DNA of 64,000 bases from the human T2T-CHM13v2.0 reference genome, Homo sapiens, in NCBI RefSeq assembly GCF_009914755.1, contig NC_060927.1. One strand, given 5' to 3'. The notes beneath the pieces were generated by a model. The model searched no databases, was not told the origin of the DNA, and saw only the letters and a list, made by a program, of their open reading frames with translations. This document shows, piece after piece, positions 43,235-60,203 of the stretch (the first letter of the stretch is position 1; every line of letters begins with the position of its first letter). The position numbers and the translations under genes were made by a program.

Positions 43235-46011
43235 TTAACCCACTTTTTGGTGGGTTTGTTTGGTTTTTTCCTGTTAATTTGTTTGAGTTCTTTGTAGATT
43301 CTCGCTATTAGTCCTTCGTCGAATGTACAGATTGTGATATTTTCTCCCACTCTATGGGTTGTCTGTAAACTCTGCTGATTATTTCTTTCGCTGCAGAAGC
43401 TTTTTAGTTTGATTCCTATGTATTTATTTTTGTTTTTGTTGCATTTGCTTTTGGATTCTTGATCATGAAGTCTTTGCCTAAGCCAAGGTCTAGAAGGGTT
43501 TTTCTAGTGTTATCTTCTAGAATCTTTATGGTTTCGGATCTTTGATTTAAGTCTTTGATCCATCTTGATTTGAGACAAGGATCTAGATTTATTCTTCTAC
43601 ATGTGGCTTGCCAATTATCCCAGCACCATTTGATGAATAGGGTGTTCTTTCCCCCACTTTATGTTTTTGTTTGCTTTGTCAAAGATCAGTTGGCTGTAAG
43701 TATTTGGCTTTATTTCTGGGTTCTCTACTCTGTTCAATTTGTCTATGTGCCAGTTTTTATACCAGTGCCATGCTGTTTGGTTGACTATGGCCTTATAGTA
43801 TAATTTGAAGTTGGAAATATGACGTCTCTATATTTGTTCTTTCTGCTTCATCTTGATTTAGCTATGCAGGCTTTTTTTTGTTGTTGTTCCATATGAATTT
43901 TAGAATTTTTTTTCTAGCTCTGTGAAAAATGGTGGTATTTTGATGGGAGTTGCGTTTAATTTGAAGATTGCTTTTGGTACTATGGTCATTTTCACAATAT
44001 TGATTCTACTCATCCATGAGCATGGGGTGTGTTTTCATTTGTTTGTGTCATCAATGATTTCTTTCAGCAGTGTTTTGTAGTTTTCCTCATAGAGGTGTTT
44101 CGACTCCTTGGTTAGGTATATTCCTAAGTATTTAACTTTTTGCAGCTATTGTGAAAGGGGTTGAGTTCTTAACTTGATTCTCAGCTTGATCGCTGTTGGT
44201 GTATAGAAGAGCTACTGGTTTGTGTACATTAATTTTGTATCCTTAACTTTTGCTGAATTCATTTATCAGTTCTAGGGGCTTTTTGGAGGAGTCTTTAGAG
44301 TTCTTTAGGTATATGATCACATCATCAGCAAGCAGCAACAATTTGATTTCCTCTTTACTGATTTGGATTCCCTGTATTTCTTTCTCTTGTCTTATTGCTC
44401 TTGGTAGGACTTCCAGTACTAAGTTGAACAGAAGTGGTGAAAGTGGGCATCTTGTCTTATTCTCAGGGGAAATGCTTTCAACTTTTACCCATTCAGTATG
44501 ATGTTGGCTGTGGGTTTGTCACAGATTACTTTTATTACCTTAAGGTATGTCCCTTCTATACCAATTTTGCTGAGGGTTTTAATCATAAAGGGATGCTAGA
44601 TTTTGTCAAATGCTTTTTCTGTGTCTATTGACATGATCATGTGATTTTTTTAAATTCTGTTTATGTGGTGTATTACATTTATTAACTTATGTATGTTAAG
44701 CCATCCCTGCATCCCTAATATAAAACCCACTTGATCTTGGTGGATTATTTTTTTGATATGCTGTTGGATTCGGTTTGCTAGTATTTTATTGAGGGTTTTT
44801 GCATCTTTGTTCATCAGGGTTATTGGTCTGTGGTTTTCTTTTTTCTGTTAGGTCCTTCCTGATTTTGGTATTAGGGTGATACTGGCTTAATAGAAGGATT
44901 TAGGGAGGATTCCCTCTTTCTCTAGCTTTTGGAGTGGTGTCAATAGGATTGGTACCAATTCTTTTTTGACTGTCTAATATAATTCAGCTGTGAATCCTGG
45001 ACTTTTTTGTTGGCAATTTTTTTGTTACCATTTCAATCTTGCTGCTTGTTATTAGTCTGTTCATAGATTCAATATCTTCCTGATTTAATCTAGGAGGTTT
45101 GTGTATTTCCAGGACTTTATCCATTTCCTCTAGGTTTTCTATTTTATGCACAAAAAGGTGTTCATAGCAGCCTTGAATGATCTTTTGTATTTCTGTGGTA
45201 TCGGTTGTAATATCTCCTGTTTCATTTCTAATTGAGCTTATTTGGATCTTCTCTCTTCTTTTCTTGGTTAATCTAGTTAATGGCCTGTCAATTTTATTTA
45301 TCTTTTCAAAGAACCAGCTTTTTGTTTCATATACCTTTTGTATTTTTTTTTTTTGTTTCAATTTCATTTAGTTCTGCTCTGATCTTCATTATTTATTTTC
45401 TTCTGCTGGGTTTAGGTTTAGATTAATCACGTTTATCCAGTTCCATGAGGTGTGACCTTATTTGTGCTCTTTCAGACTTTTTGATGTAGGCATTTAATGC
45501 TATAAAGTTTCCTCTTAGCACCACTTTTGCTGTATCACAGAGGTTTTGATAGCTTGTGTCACTATTATCATTCAGTTCAAGGAATTTTTAAATTTCCATC
45601 TTAATCTCATTGTTGACCCAACAATCATTCTGAAGCAGGTTATTTAATTTCCATGTATTTGCATGGTTTTGAGGGTTCCTTTTGGAGTTGATTTCCAATT
45701 TTATTCCACTGCAGTCTGAGAGACTACTTGACATAATTTCAATTTTCTCAAATTTACTGAGACTTGTTTTGTGGCCTACCATATGGTCTATCTTGAGAAT
45801 GTCCCATGTGCTGATGAATAGAATGTATATTCTATAGGTGTTGGGTAGAATGCTCTGTAAATATGTGTTAAGTCCATTTGTTCTAGGGTATAGTTTAAGT
45901 TCATTATTTCTTTGTTGACTTTCTGTCTTAATGACCTGTGTAGTGGTATCAGTGGAGTATTAAAGTCCTCCGCTATTATTGTGTTGCCATCTATTTCATT
46001 TCTTAGGTCTA

Positions 46012-46432
<421 letters not shown>

Positions 46433-46728
46433 TTAACTGCTGTTACTTTAAAGTTTGTTTTGTCTGATATAAGGACAGCTACTCCTGCTCGCTTTTGGTG
46501 TTCATTTGCTTGGAATGTCTTTTTCCACCCCCTTACCTTAAGTTTATGTGAGTCCTTATTTGTTAGGTGAGTCTCTTGAAGGCAGCAGATAGTTGTTTGG
46601 TGAAGTCCTATTTATTCTGCCATTCTGCATCTTTTAAGTGGAGCATTTAGGCCATCTATATTCAATGTTAATATTCAGATGTGAGGTATTATTCTATTGA
46701 TTGTGCTATTTGTTGCCTGAAGGTCTGG

Positions 46729-47017
46729 TTTTTTTTGAGACGGAGTCTCGCTCTGTCCCCCAGGCTGGAGTGCAGTGGCGTAATCTCAGCTTACTGAAAG
46801 CTCTGCCTCCCGGGTTCACACCATTCTCCTGCCTCGGCCTCCCGAGTAGCTGGGACTACAGGTGCACGCCACCACGCCCAGCTAATTTTTTGTATTTTTA
46901 GTAGAGATGAGATTTCACCATGTTAGCTAGGATGGTCTCGATCTCCTGACCTCATGATCTCCCTGCCTCTGCCTCCCAAAGTGCTGGGATTACAGGCATG
47001 AGCCACTATGCCCGGCC
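46729..47017 (-). mobile_element. AluY nested in the L1PB
   Basis: ttcacaccattctc and tgttagctaggatggtctcgatctc. Confidence 0.93.
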
Positions 47018-48525
47018 TGTTTTTTTTTTTTTCTTTTCATTGTGTTATTGTTATATAGGTCCTGTGAGATTTATGCTTTAAGGAGGTTCTATTTTGGTTT
47101 ATTTTGAGGATTTGTTTCAAGATTTAGAGCTCCTTTTAGCAGTTCTTGTAGTGCTAGCTTGGTACTGGAGAATTCTCTCAGTATTTGTTTGTCTGTAAAT
47201 GACTGTATCTTTCCTTCATTTATGAAGCTCGGTTTCACTGGATACAAAATTCTTGGCTGATAATTGCTTTGTTTAAGGAGGCCAAAAATAGGACCCCAAT
47301 CCCTTCTAGCTTGTAGGGTTTCTGCTAGAAATCTGCTGTTAATCTGATAGATTTTCCCTTATAGGTTGCCTGATGCTTTTGCCTCGCAGCTCTTAAGATT
47401 CTTTCATTTGTCTTGACTTTAGATAACCTGATGACTATGTGCCTAGGCAATGATCTTTTTGTGAAAAATTTCCCAGGTGATCTTTGAGCCTCTTGTATTT
47501 GGATATCTAAATCTCCAGCAAGGCTGAGGAAGTTTTACTTTACTATTCCCTCAAATATGTTTTCTAAACTTTTAGATTTCTCTTCTTCCTCAGGAACCCA
47601 ATTATTCTTAGGTTTCGACATTTAACATAGTCCCAAACTTCTTGGAGGTTCTGTTCATTTTTTTTAATTCTTTTTTTTTTTTTTGTCTCTGACTGATTGG
47701 GTTAATTCAAAAGCCTTGTCTTTGAGCTCTAAAGTTCTTTCTTATGCTTATTTGATTCTATTGCTGAGACTTTCTAGTGTATTTTGCATTTCTCTAACTG
47801 GGTCCTTGATTTCCAGAAGTTGTGATTGTTTTTTATTTACACTATCTATTTCACTGAAGAATTTTCCTTTTCCTTTCATATCCTGTATCTTTAAGTTGGT
47901 CTTCACCTTCCTCTGGTGCTTCCTTGATTAGCTTAATAATCGACCTTCTGAATTCTATTTTGCAGTTCAGAGATTTTGTCTTGTTTTGAATCCATTGCTG
48001 GTGAGCTGGTATGATCTTGGAGTCTTCTTTTGTCATACTATCAGAATTGTTTTTCTGGTTCCTTCTCATTTGGGTAGACTATAACAGAGGGAAGAACTGA
48101 GATTCAAGGCTGCTGTTCAGATTCTTTTGTCCCATGGGATGCTCCCTTGATGTGATGTTCTCCCCCTTCCCCTAGGAATGGAGCTTCCTGAGAGCCAAAC
48201 TGTAGTAATTATTTTTGCTCTTCTGGGTCTAGTCACCTAGCGGAGCTACTGTGCTCCAGGCTGGTACTGGGGAGTATCTGCAAAGAGTCTTGTGATCTGT
48301 CTTCAGGCTTTGCAGTCGTGGATACCACCACAGTTTTTCAGCATCTCAGGGAGACTGCAGTGGTGATCTAGTTCTTTCAAAGTGTCTGTGGATTCTCTCG
48401 ACTTTCCTGGTATGTACCTGTGGTAGTTCTTGGAGCAAAAGTCCATGATGTCAGTCTCCACACACTGCTCCATCCATCTGAGCAGGAGCTGCAAGCTAGT
48501 CCTGCCCCTCTCCACCATCCTAATC

Positions 48526-49852
48526 CAGATTGTCTTCTTATTGTTGAGTTTTAGGAGTTCTTTTTGTATTCTGGATAACAGCCCTTCATCAGCTATGTTT
48601 TTTGCAGATATTTTCTCCCAGTTGGTGGCTTGTCTTTTCATTCTCTGACAATGTCTTTTGCAGAGCAGAAGTTTTTAATTTTGATAAACTCCAGCTTATT
48701 ATTTTTCATGAGTTATGCCTTTAGCATTGTATCGAAAACATCATTACCAAACCCAATGTCATCTAGATTTTCTCCTAAGTTATCTTTTAGGAGTTTTATA
48801 GTTTTGCATTTTATATTTAGGTCTCTGATTCATTTTGAGTAAATTTTTGTGAAAGGTGTAAGGTCTTTGTCTAGATGCTTTTCTTTGCACGTGGATGTTT
48901 CATTGTTTCAGCACCATTTGTTGAAAAGACTGTCTTTTCTCCACTGTATTGCCTTTGTTTCTTTGTCAATGATTAGTTGACTAGATATATGTGGGTCTAT
49001 TTCTGGCCCTCTATTCCATCATATTGATTGATGTAACTATTCTTTCAGAAATACCACACTGTCTCAATTACTATACTTTTACGGTAAGTCTTGAAGTCAG
49101 GTAGTTTCAGTCCCCCAAATTTGTTCTTCTCCTTCAATGTTATATTGGCGATTCTGGGTCTTTTGCCTCTCCATATAACATTAGAATCAATTTGTCAATA
49201 TTTACAAAGTAACTTGCTAGGATTTTGATTTGAATTTCATTGAATCTACAGATCAACTTGGGAAGAAGTGACACCTTGACAATACTGAGTCTCCCTTTCC
49301 ATGAATATAGAATCTCTCTCCTTTTATTTAGTTCTTTGATTTCTTTTATCAGAGTTTTGTAGTTTTCCTCATATAGATTTTGTACAGATTTTGTTAGATT
49401 TATACCTAATAATTTCATTTGAGAGTGCCAATGTAAATGGTAATATGTTAACTCCACTTATTTATTGCTGGTATATAGGAAAGTGATGACTGATGACTTT
49501 TGTATAGAAAACTTTGTGTCTGAAACCTTGCTAAAATCTCGTATTAGTTCTAGGAGGTTTGTCTTTTGTTTTTGTTTTTGGTTTTTTGGTTAATTCTTTT
49601 GAGTTTTCCGAAGTTGAATATCACGTTATTTGCAAAGACAGTTTTATTTTCTCCTTCCCAAACAGTTTAAATTTTATATACTTTTCTTGTCTTAATGCAG
49701 TAGCTAGGACTTCCAGTAAAATGTTGAAAAGCAGTGATGAGAGGGGACATCCTTGCCTTGTTTCTGATCTCAGTGGGAAAGCTCTTAGTTTCTTACCATT
49801 AAGTATAAGGCTTACTGTCAAGTTTTTGTAGATATTCTTTATCAAGTTGAGA
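48526..49852 (-). mobile_element. L1MC-like ORF2 continuation of the host element
   Basis: ORF track 49621..49845 ([25 protein letters not shown] motif) and 49140..49457 ([20 protein letters not shown]). Confidence 0.88.
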
Positions 49853-52085
49853 TTAACTACCTTTTTAGAGAAAATGTTTACTTCTTATGCCAAAGAAACA
49901 AACATAAAATGCCATGATAGAAGGCTGAATCCTCACCACTGAACTTCTTCAATGCCTTTCTTCTTCTGAATTTCTTCAGATTTTGTCCTCTTCTGAAGAC
50001 AAAGTACCAATTTTTAATAGAAGGAAAACATATCAAGCAGACAAATTTTATATTCCTTTTAATAGGAACTGGTTGATATTTTTGGACTGCTAAATTCCAG
50101 GTTAGGATTTAAGTGCACAGTTTTAGGTATGAATCAAAATTAATGAGGCTCTTTTCTATAAAGATTTTGTCGTATTCATCAATCTTGGAGAAGATTATTT
50201 AAGGACTGCAAGTTTAGGTAGTGTCCCTTATCCTGTTTTCTTATTGGTAAAACATTTTCAGTTGAAACAGAAACAATCTGTGTCACTCTTTAGAATCATA
50301 TGCTTCAAACCTGGCATACGTAAATGTTCAACTGTTTTAGGAAAGGTGGCCAGCTCTAGGGAGGCATGTGACTCATTCTTCGCTATTTTCCCATGTGAGT
50401 TCTGATGCTAACGGTGGCATATCCAGCACAAGAAAACATGCTGCAGGCTGTAGTCTTTCTGGAGTATTTGTGATGCCAGGGCCTGTTTACAAAACCGGGA
50501 TGTGACATAAAGTAAACCACTGCTCCCCGGAAATAAAGAGCTTTAGATTTATCAGTCTGTAAAGTGTTACGTGTTTGACTGAGTCTCAAGCTTTTGTGAA
50601 TAGTTTCACGAAGTCTATAAGAAAAGCAACTGAGAAACAACCAATAGTTCTGAATTGGGAAGCAAAGGCTATTTGGCTTTTTAAAAGTTTTTAAAAATAA
50701 GATTACCACAATATTTCAGATGTTGGAAGCTAATACGGTAATCACTGTAGCATTGTTTTCTAAACTTATTATACTTTTATTTTCTACACTGTGGATGTTT
50801 TACTTTTACAGTCAGAAAGTGATAAGAAAACATTTCAAAGTCATTTTACTACATTTAGTATTAGATTTTTGTGTTTTACAACTTAGACCTCTTTACCCCA
50901 TCACTAACTCTGATACTTCTTATAAGAGATAAGATTTCTTCTAACAGATAGGATTCTATTTGAATGGGTCTCCTAAAAGAAATTTGTTCAAATACACAAA
51001 ACCTAACTGATTTTACCTTTTCGCTGCTTGCCTTTCCTACTGCTCACTGCCACTTCACTTTATTAATCCCTAGCAGAGCTATGACTGAGACAAGCGAAAT
51101 ATGTTATTATAGGGTTGAAATTTATTTAAGATGACAACGAGGTATCATATCTCCAGATTGAGCAGGACATGACCATTATTTTTCAGAAACAGGTCTGGAA
51201 GTGTGGATGAAATAAGCTGAATGGACAGTATCCAACCAGAGGTACATTTACTCCCAGGCCTTCCTCCAGGGTCTTTAGGGTTGACCAATCAATTCAGCAG
51301 TCTCCTGGACAGTTATTGTGTGAATTTACCAAAGAGTCACAGGAGCATCCTCCCTGCAAGCCTGGCTTGTTATTAAGTTGATCCTCCAGAGTTTCCATAA
51401 AAGCCTTTTATTTGATGATGGTCTGTTTCACTTTACAAGTTCCACTTCAGTGACTGCATTTTTCAATGTCACCTGCATGATGAATGGCAAAAGGCTAAAT
51501 AGAGCAATGTTGCCCTTAGAACATTTGATATTTTATTTTTAGGTACAGTACATGGGTGGTCCTAATATCTTTCAATTCAGGCTTTAAGAGCTCTGGGCAA
51601 GCCCTTACCATGAGATGCACATAAATATTTTCACTGTATGGTTTTTAAATGAACAACCTGGTTAATCAAACCTTTCTACTTAGACAAGGGCATCCTCTTT
51701 CAAAAACTTTTGTAAGCAAAACATTTTGTGTTTTCATTTCAGTATTCTGTCATGCACCCAGGCAAGTTAATCTTTACAATTTACAGCCAATTCTTCTGTT
51801 CCATTATCTTTCTGTTAAGATTTTGTAGAAATTTGCATTGGTGAAATGACTTTGGCAAATGTGATTTAATGGCTTGTGTTAGTGTTGGAGGGGGTTTAGG
51901 GTACATACTTATTCTATGAATCAGGAGGAAAAAAATTATTGTTTTCAGTTCATCTATGGATTTCAAGGGCTGGAGAGGGGGATAATTATCACTGCAAAGG
52001 TGAGGAGATGTCCCTGCAAATGTGACTAAGAAGGATGCAATAGAGAAAGCCCAAAGGTTTTCTTTGGGGTGATCCAAGGGAACAG

Positions 52086-52387
52086 TTTTTTTTCTTCCTT
52101 TCTTTTTTTTTTTTTTTTTTTTTTGAGACGGAGTCTCGCTCTGTCACCCAGGCTGGAGTGCAGTAGTGCAATCTGGCCTCCCGAGTTCATGCCATTCTCC
52201 TGCTCAGCCTCCCGAGTAACTGGGACTACAGGCGCCCACCACCACGCCCAGGTAATTTTTTGTATTTTTAGTAGAGACGGGGTTTCACCGTGTTAGCCAG
52301 GATGGTCTCAATCTCCTGACCTCGTGATCCGCCCACCTCGGCCTCCCAAAGTGCTGGGATTGCAGGCTTGAGCCACCGCACCCGGCC
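52086..52387 (-). mobile_element. AluY with a short right-arm deletion
   Basis: Y diagnostics; lacks the ctcactgcaagctcc segment; TSD gggaaca. Confidence 0.93.
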
Positions 52388-52489
52388 GGGAACACTCTTA
52401 AGCTCACGTTTCCGTAGTTGAACTTCAGGAGTCCCCTGACACACAGAACTGTTTGGAAATGACGAATTCTTATTGGCCTGAGCCTGAGT

Positions 52490-52685
52490 GGGGTTCATAA
52501 ATTCCTTGCATGAGAATCATATGGGGGATAATGAAACATGCAGATTCCTAGACCTCCCACCAAAAAAAAAAAAAAAAACAAAAAAAAAAACAGCATCAAA
52601 GCTCCTTGGGATATAGTCCAAGAGTCTGCATTTTAAAATGCTCCCCAGATAAGTCTTATATATCCTAAGATTGGAGAACCATGGA
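52490..52685. mobile_element. MER5A-like with an expanded A tract
   Basis: gagaatca...gcagattcct...tctgcatttt...ctccccag...gagaacca. Confidence 0.7.
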
Positions 52686-52877
52686 CCTAAGCTGTTTTTC
52701 TAATCCACACCTTTCTCTGTAGGCAATTTTATCATCTAGCCATCTCTCCAAGTGGCTACTGTAGTTGTGATTTATTCCAATGTGAATTTATGTAACCTTA
52801 TTAAAACTAATTTGAAAAATTATGACCCATATGGCTCAGTCTCAAAATGATATATGCTATAACAATAAAGTCCAGCA

Positions 52878-53181
52878 GGCCGGGCACGGTGGCTCACGCC
52901 TGTAATCCCAGCACTTTGGGAGGCTGAGGCGGGTGGATCACCTGAAGTTGGGAGTTCAAGACAAGCCTGACCAACATGGAGAAAGCCCATCTCTACTAAA
53001 CATACAGAATTAGCCGGGCGTGGCGGCGCATGCCTGTAATCCCAGCTACTTGGGAAGCTGAGGCAGGAGAAATGGCTTGAACCTGGGAGGCAGAGGTTGC
53101 GGTGAGCCGAGATCGCGCCATTGCACTCCAGCCTGGGCCACAAGAAAAAAAAAAAAATCTCAAAAAAAAAAAAAAAAAAAA
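52878..53181 (+). mobile_element. AluSp-like
   Basis: gggagttc and cctgaccaacatggagaaa diagnostics; TSD aagtccagca. Confidence 0.93.
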
Positions 53182-53819
53182 GAAGAAGTCCAGCAATCAA
53201 ACATTAATTTCAAAATAATGGAAGGCATTTGCTTGCATTTCTGGAATACATATGAGTTGCAAGAAATTTTAAGGATTTCTTCACAACACCCCCTTCCTCT
53301 CTCATCTGCTTCTCCACATATGTCATACTCTTCCATTTCCTAATCTTTCACTGCCAGCCCTAGCATGAGAACATTTTATCCTTTTACTCCACCAATTTTT
53401 CTTGTAATTCTACATCACAAAATTGTAAAGAATCTATTTGGCAATGGCAGAATCCCCCTTTGAAACTGAGGAAGGAGAAGAAATTAAGAGCTCGCAAAGC
53501 CAGAACCCATTCTACCCATTCTAGTGAGGCTCAGGAAAGGAGAGTTTGGAAGCATGCATATAAAATATAAAATAATTTTAACCCCAACATGTTTATTGAT
53601 GTATACATCATGTTCTGGAGTGGATTCCAGGGAAAAGTTTAATGGGGGGCTAGGGGAGGAGGTGTCAGGATATGAAAGTATAACAGCTTCTCAGGCCCTT
53701 AAGGGAGTTTGGCTCCATTATATATTGTGAATCGTTTCATAAGGGGGAGAGGAAAGAAATAAAAACTATATGGAGACTTCAAATTTAAGGTTTCTTCTGG
53801 TTCCTAAAACCTATGGAAG

Positions 53820-55610
<1,791 letters not shown>

Positions 55611-55648
55611 ATATAAGCACATTTTTATATCTATAAAGAAAGCATAAA

Positions 55649-55994
<346 letters not shown>

Positions 55995-56222
55995 TTAATT
56001 TTTTTCCTTTCTACCATTAAATAGATGAAACTTTAGAAGTCGAAATAAGGAAATAATCAAAATAAGGAAAACGAGAGCTTGTAGTGCTTCTGTCCAACAG
56101 AAAACCAGAAGTGGAATATATGGTCTTCAGGCAATGTTCATGAGCTCCCAGAAATCACAGGTGTTTTCAGGATATGATCAATTTGTAGGCAGGTACAAAG
56201 TTAAATTATAAGGCTTATATGA

Positions 56223-56510
56223 GGTGGGGTGTGGCGGTTTATGCTTGTAATCCCACCACTTTGGGCAACTAAGACAGGTGAATCGCTTGAGCCTAGGAGC
56301 TTGAAACCAGCCTGGGCAACATGGTGAAGCCCCGTCTCTACAAAAAATACAAAAATAAACCAGGTGTTGTGGTGTGCACCTGTAGTCCCAGCTATTCAGG
56401 TTGAAGTGAAAGGATCACCTGAGCCCGGGAGTTGGAGGTTGAGATGAGCTGTGATCTCAACACTGCACTCCAGCCTGGGTGACAGAGTGAGACCCTGTCT
56501 CGAAAAAAAA
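56223..56510 (+). mobile_element. AluJ
   Basis: gcttgagcctagg, cctgggcaac and gagaccctgtctc; TSD aaggcttat. Confidence 0.9.
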
Positions 56511-56599
56511 GGCTTATGTACATGTGAAAATATTATCTTATTATTTATTGCTAAGTATAAAAGCTACCATTAATTTTTCAAAAAAAAAGAAAGAAAAAA

Positions 56600-56800
56600 G
56601 CCTATGTCCTGGACACTGTGTTAGTCACTTTCAATGCATTATTTCTAATTCTAACAGCAATTTTGTAGGTCATCTTATTATTCTTACTTTACAGAGAATA
56701 AAACTGATTTTCAGAGAAGTTAAATAAATGAATTAAAGTAACAAAAATGAGGACGGGGTAAATGCAGGATTTAAACCCAGTCAGCCACACTCTTAAAGGC
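56600..56800 (-). mobile_element. MIR
   Basis: ggacactgtgtta...tttacagagaataaaactga...agagaagttaaataa...ggatttaaaccca. Confidence 0.65.
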
Positions 56801-58030
56801 CTTGGTTTTTGGTACCACCCACTGTTACCCTCAGAATTCATTACAATTAAATTGTCTTTCTAGGAGAGGCGTCACAGACTTGAGTAGATGGGACACGTTC
56901 AGTGCAGTGCGCTATTCTGGATTCCTGTGTGTGAGCTACTTGGTAGTAGACAGAATTGTATAAAGTAAGGAAATTCAGAGGTGCTTGGAGATGAAGATGC
57001 TGCACCTTGGAGCCTATGTTCTTTTCATACTAGCTCAAGGGAAGTCTGGCCTGGGTACAATAATCTGCTCAGCCTCCTGGAGACTTTGAGCCCAGACAGC
57101 TCTTGGGGCCACCACTTCTAGGGCCCTCCCACACCTCTCCTTCAGTGCCATCTGGCTCATTCTCTTTTTATCCTCCTCTGCTTCCTGGTGTATTTCATGA
57201 ACATTTCTTGTGTCCATTTTGGAATCCTTAGCCCTCTGCCACCCGCCCGTAAGTTTAACTTTCAGCACCCCATAGACAATAGTCTCCCTCAGCCTACAGT
57301 GTACCCAGGAAATGTTCCCAAATGCCCTTCCAAGGCCTGACGTGTTCATCCTTGTCCAGCCTCAACTGACCTTGTTGTTAATCTTCACCCACACTCTCGG
57401 CCAGGAATCCACAGCTGGCTTTTGCTGTGCAGTCTGTCTTTGCTTTGATTCAGCATCTCTCCACCCACCTGCCATCCAGGGGGCCTCGTAGCTGCATTAT
57501 AGGCCAGACTAATTCTTCCATTCTCCCCACCCTGTGCAATCCCCGGGTGAAATTTCACTGCAGATACCATCTGATATGCCCAGTATGGTCCCACCGTTGC
57601 TCCCTCTCTGTTTGCTTGCGTAACTCCAGAAACAGATACTAAAATGTTATCTTAGTATATTTCAGAGACATCTGCTTTGGGGTTTTGTCCCAATAATAGA
57701 GCTATGAATTTATAAATTGAGTAATGTCATTAAGGGAACTTGGCTTGATTTCATTGCTTCAAATCTTAAGAATTTTAGTTCTAGAAACAGTCCTTTGATT
57801 TTAGATGGGAAACAGACTGAACTAATAATAATAACATAATAAACGTTATCATGATGACAATTATAATTACTGGTGTTGATGTAATACTTGCTATCCATAT
57901 AAGACCAGGCACTGTGCTTTGCACACATGAGGCCTACACAGTGTTAACAAAGAGTTCTAATAAGGCCCTACACAGTGTTAACTAAGAACCATAGCATCTA
58001 GAGTTCTAGTAATATTAAGACTACAGAAGG

Positions 58031-58317
58031 AGGGGAACGCGGTGGCTCAAGCCTGTAATCCCAGCACTTTGGGAGGCCGAGGAGGGTGGATCATGAGGTC
58101 AGGAGTTCAAGACCAGCCTGACAAAGATGGTGAAACCCCGTCTCTACTAAAAATACAAAACTTAGCGGGGCGTGGTGGCAGGCGCCTGCAATTCCAGCTA
58201 CTCGGGAGGCTAAGACAGAGAATTGCTTGAACCCGGGAGGCGGAGGTTGCAGTGAGCCGAGATCGCACCACTGCACTCTGATAGAGCAAGACTCTGTCTA
58301 AAAAAAAAAACAAAAAA
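58031..58317 (+). mobile_element. AluS
   Basis: Dimer with a small 3' deletion and an A-rich tail. Confidence 0.92.
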
Positions 58318-59563
58318 CACAGAAATAGAAATTGTTGTTATTACAGCAACTAGGGATAAACCCATTTATTCTATGTACTCTCTAATTTAGGAAAACAATC
58401 CATCTCCAACAAAAATTCACTGAACTATAGACTCAGATCAAAACTGATTCCCCACACAGCATTAACTTTCAGTTATTTTTCATAGCATCACTATCTGTGA
58501 AAAATTCATGAATTTTCACAGCCCCATAACCTGAAGACATTTGCATGCTTTCTTTAACATATGACACTTTTCAATGACATTTTACCAGCTGTGGTGAGTT
58601 GGTAGCAACATATGATTGAAATGTCTCTGAAAATGATTACTCAGATGGTCAGAAGTAAGGAAACCCAGACGGCTAGCATAAGCACATTACACAATTGATC
58701 AATAATTGTCAGTGACATTTAATTTACATTTTAGGAACTTTAAAAATAGGCAATATAAGGTCCTTTCAGATTAAATATATATTAATACCTTTTGTGAATT
58801 TTAAAAATCTGTAAGGGAAATGTTGCGTACAGGATTTATGACCTAGCCTATTTTCACCCACAGATACTAATATTAGCAGCAAACACAGTCTCTATGAAAC
58901 ATGGAATTGCTGGAACGTCCTGATGAGAGGCTTGCCTCTGTGAGATCAGAAATATACTGCTGGCTTGGAAATTGGTTATATAATGTGATCTTTATGCAGA
59001 TCTGAGATCACACACTGTTGTTCTTGACTTGACCATGACTGTAATAATTCAAGGGGTTCTGAGACAAATGACTTCTCATAATATTTACCAAATGAGCTCT
59101 TGATTATTAATAGGTTTTCTGGATATCAGAAAGCCCTAGCCATCTGCCCCCAGAATGCAGCCAGCTTAGCAGGTCCACTGTGAATCAGAAGTCATCTCAT
59201 GTGGGTTTGGGGAAGGCAAGACAATTGTCCAAGTTTGACCACTTCTGAATACTATAGTTAATTACTGCAGACCTAGGACTACAGTCACAGTAGCCTTTTG
59301 CAAGGAAATTCCTCAGGTAGACATTATGGGCTTCCTCTTATAAGCATCTGTCTTCCTAAACTGATATTGCAACAGATAAAATAAAACCCAGCTTCACCCT
59401 TATTCAATCAGCCTTTCTCCTACAAGTGTTTCATTTCCCTTTTAAGAGACTGGATCCTTGCTCCTTAATGAATAGAAGAGGTGAGTTGAGAATGTAGAAA
59501 ATGGCAGAATTTGATGGTGGGATGGATGGTTATATAACTGTTAATATATTACTTGCTTCAAGG

Positions 59564-59914
<351 letters not shown>

Positions 59915-60045
59915 TAAAAGTCAGAAGAACTGCTTCTGAATTAGTAGTTTTGGACTCAGAATCCCCTTTCTTTATGTACCCATGGCACACATATAGACGG
60001 CCCCTTAGTTTTCTGTCACTTAGACTGCGGTCTCTCTTGGATAGC

Positions 60046-60203
60046 AGTGATCCTCATGTGTGGCTACACATTAGAATCATCAGGCAGCTTAAAAAACAAA
60101 ACATTGTTTTGATTTAGTTGTTCTGAGTTAGAAACACAGCCACTGGTATTTTTAATAATGTCTCTAGGTGCTTCTCATATATAGCCAGAATGAAGAACCA
60201 CAA
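60046..60203. mobile_element. MER5A-like hAT MITE
   Basis: cagtgatcctca...cacattagaatca...agccagaatgaagaacca. Confidence 0.65.
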
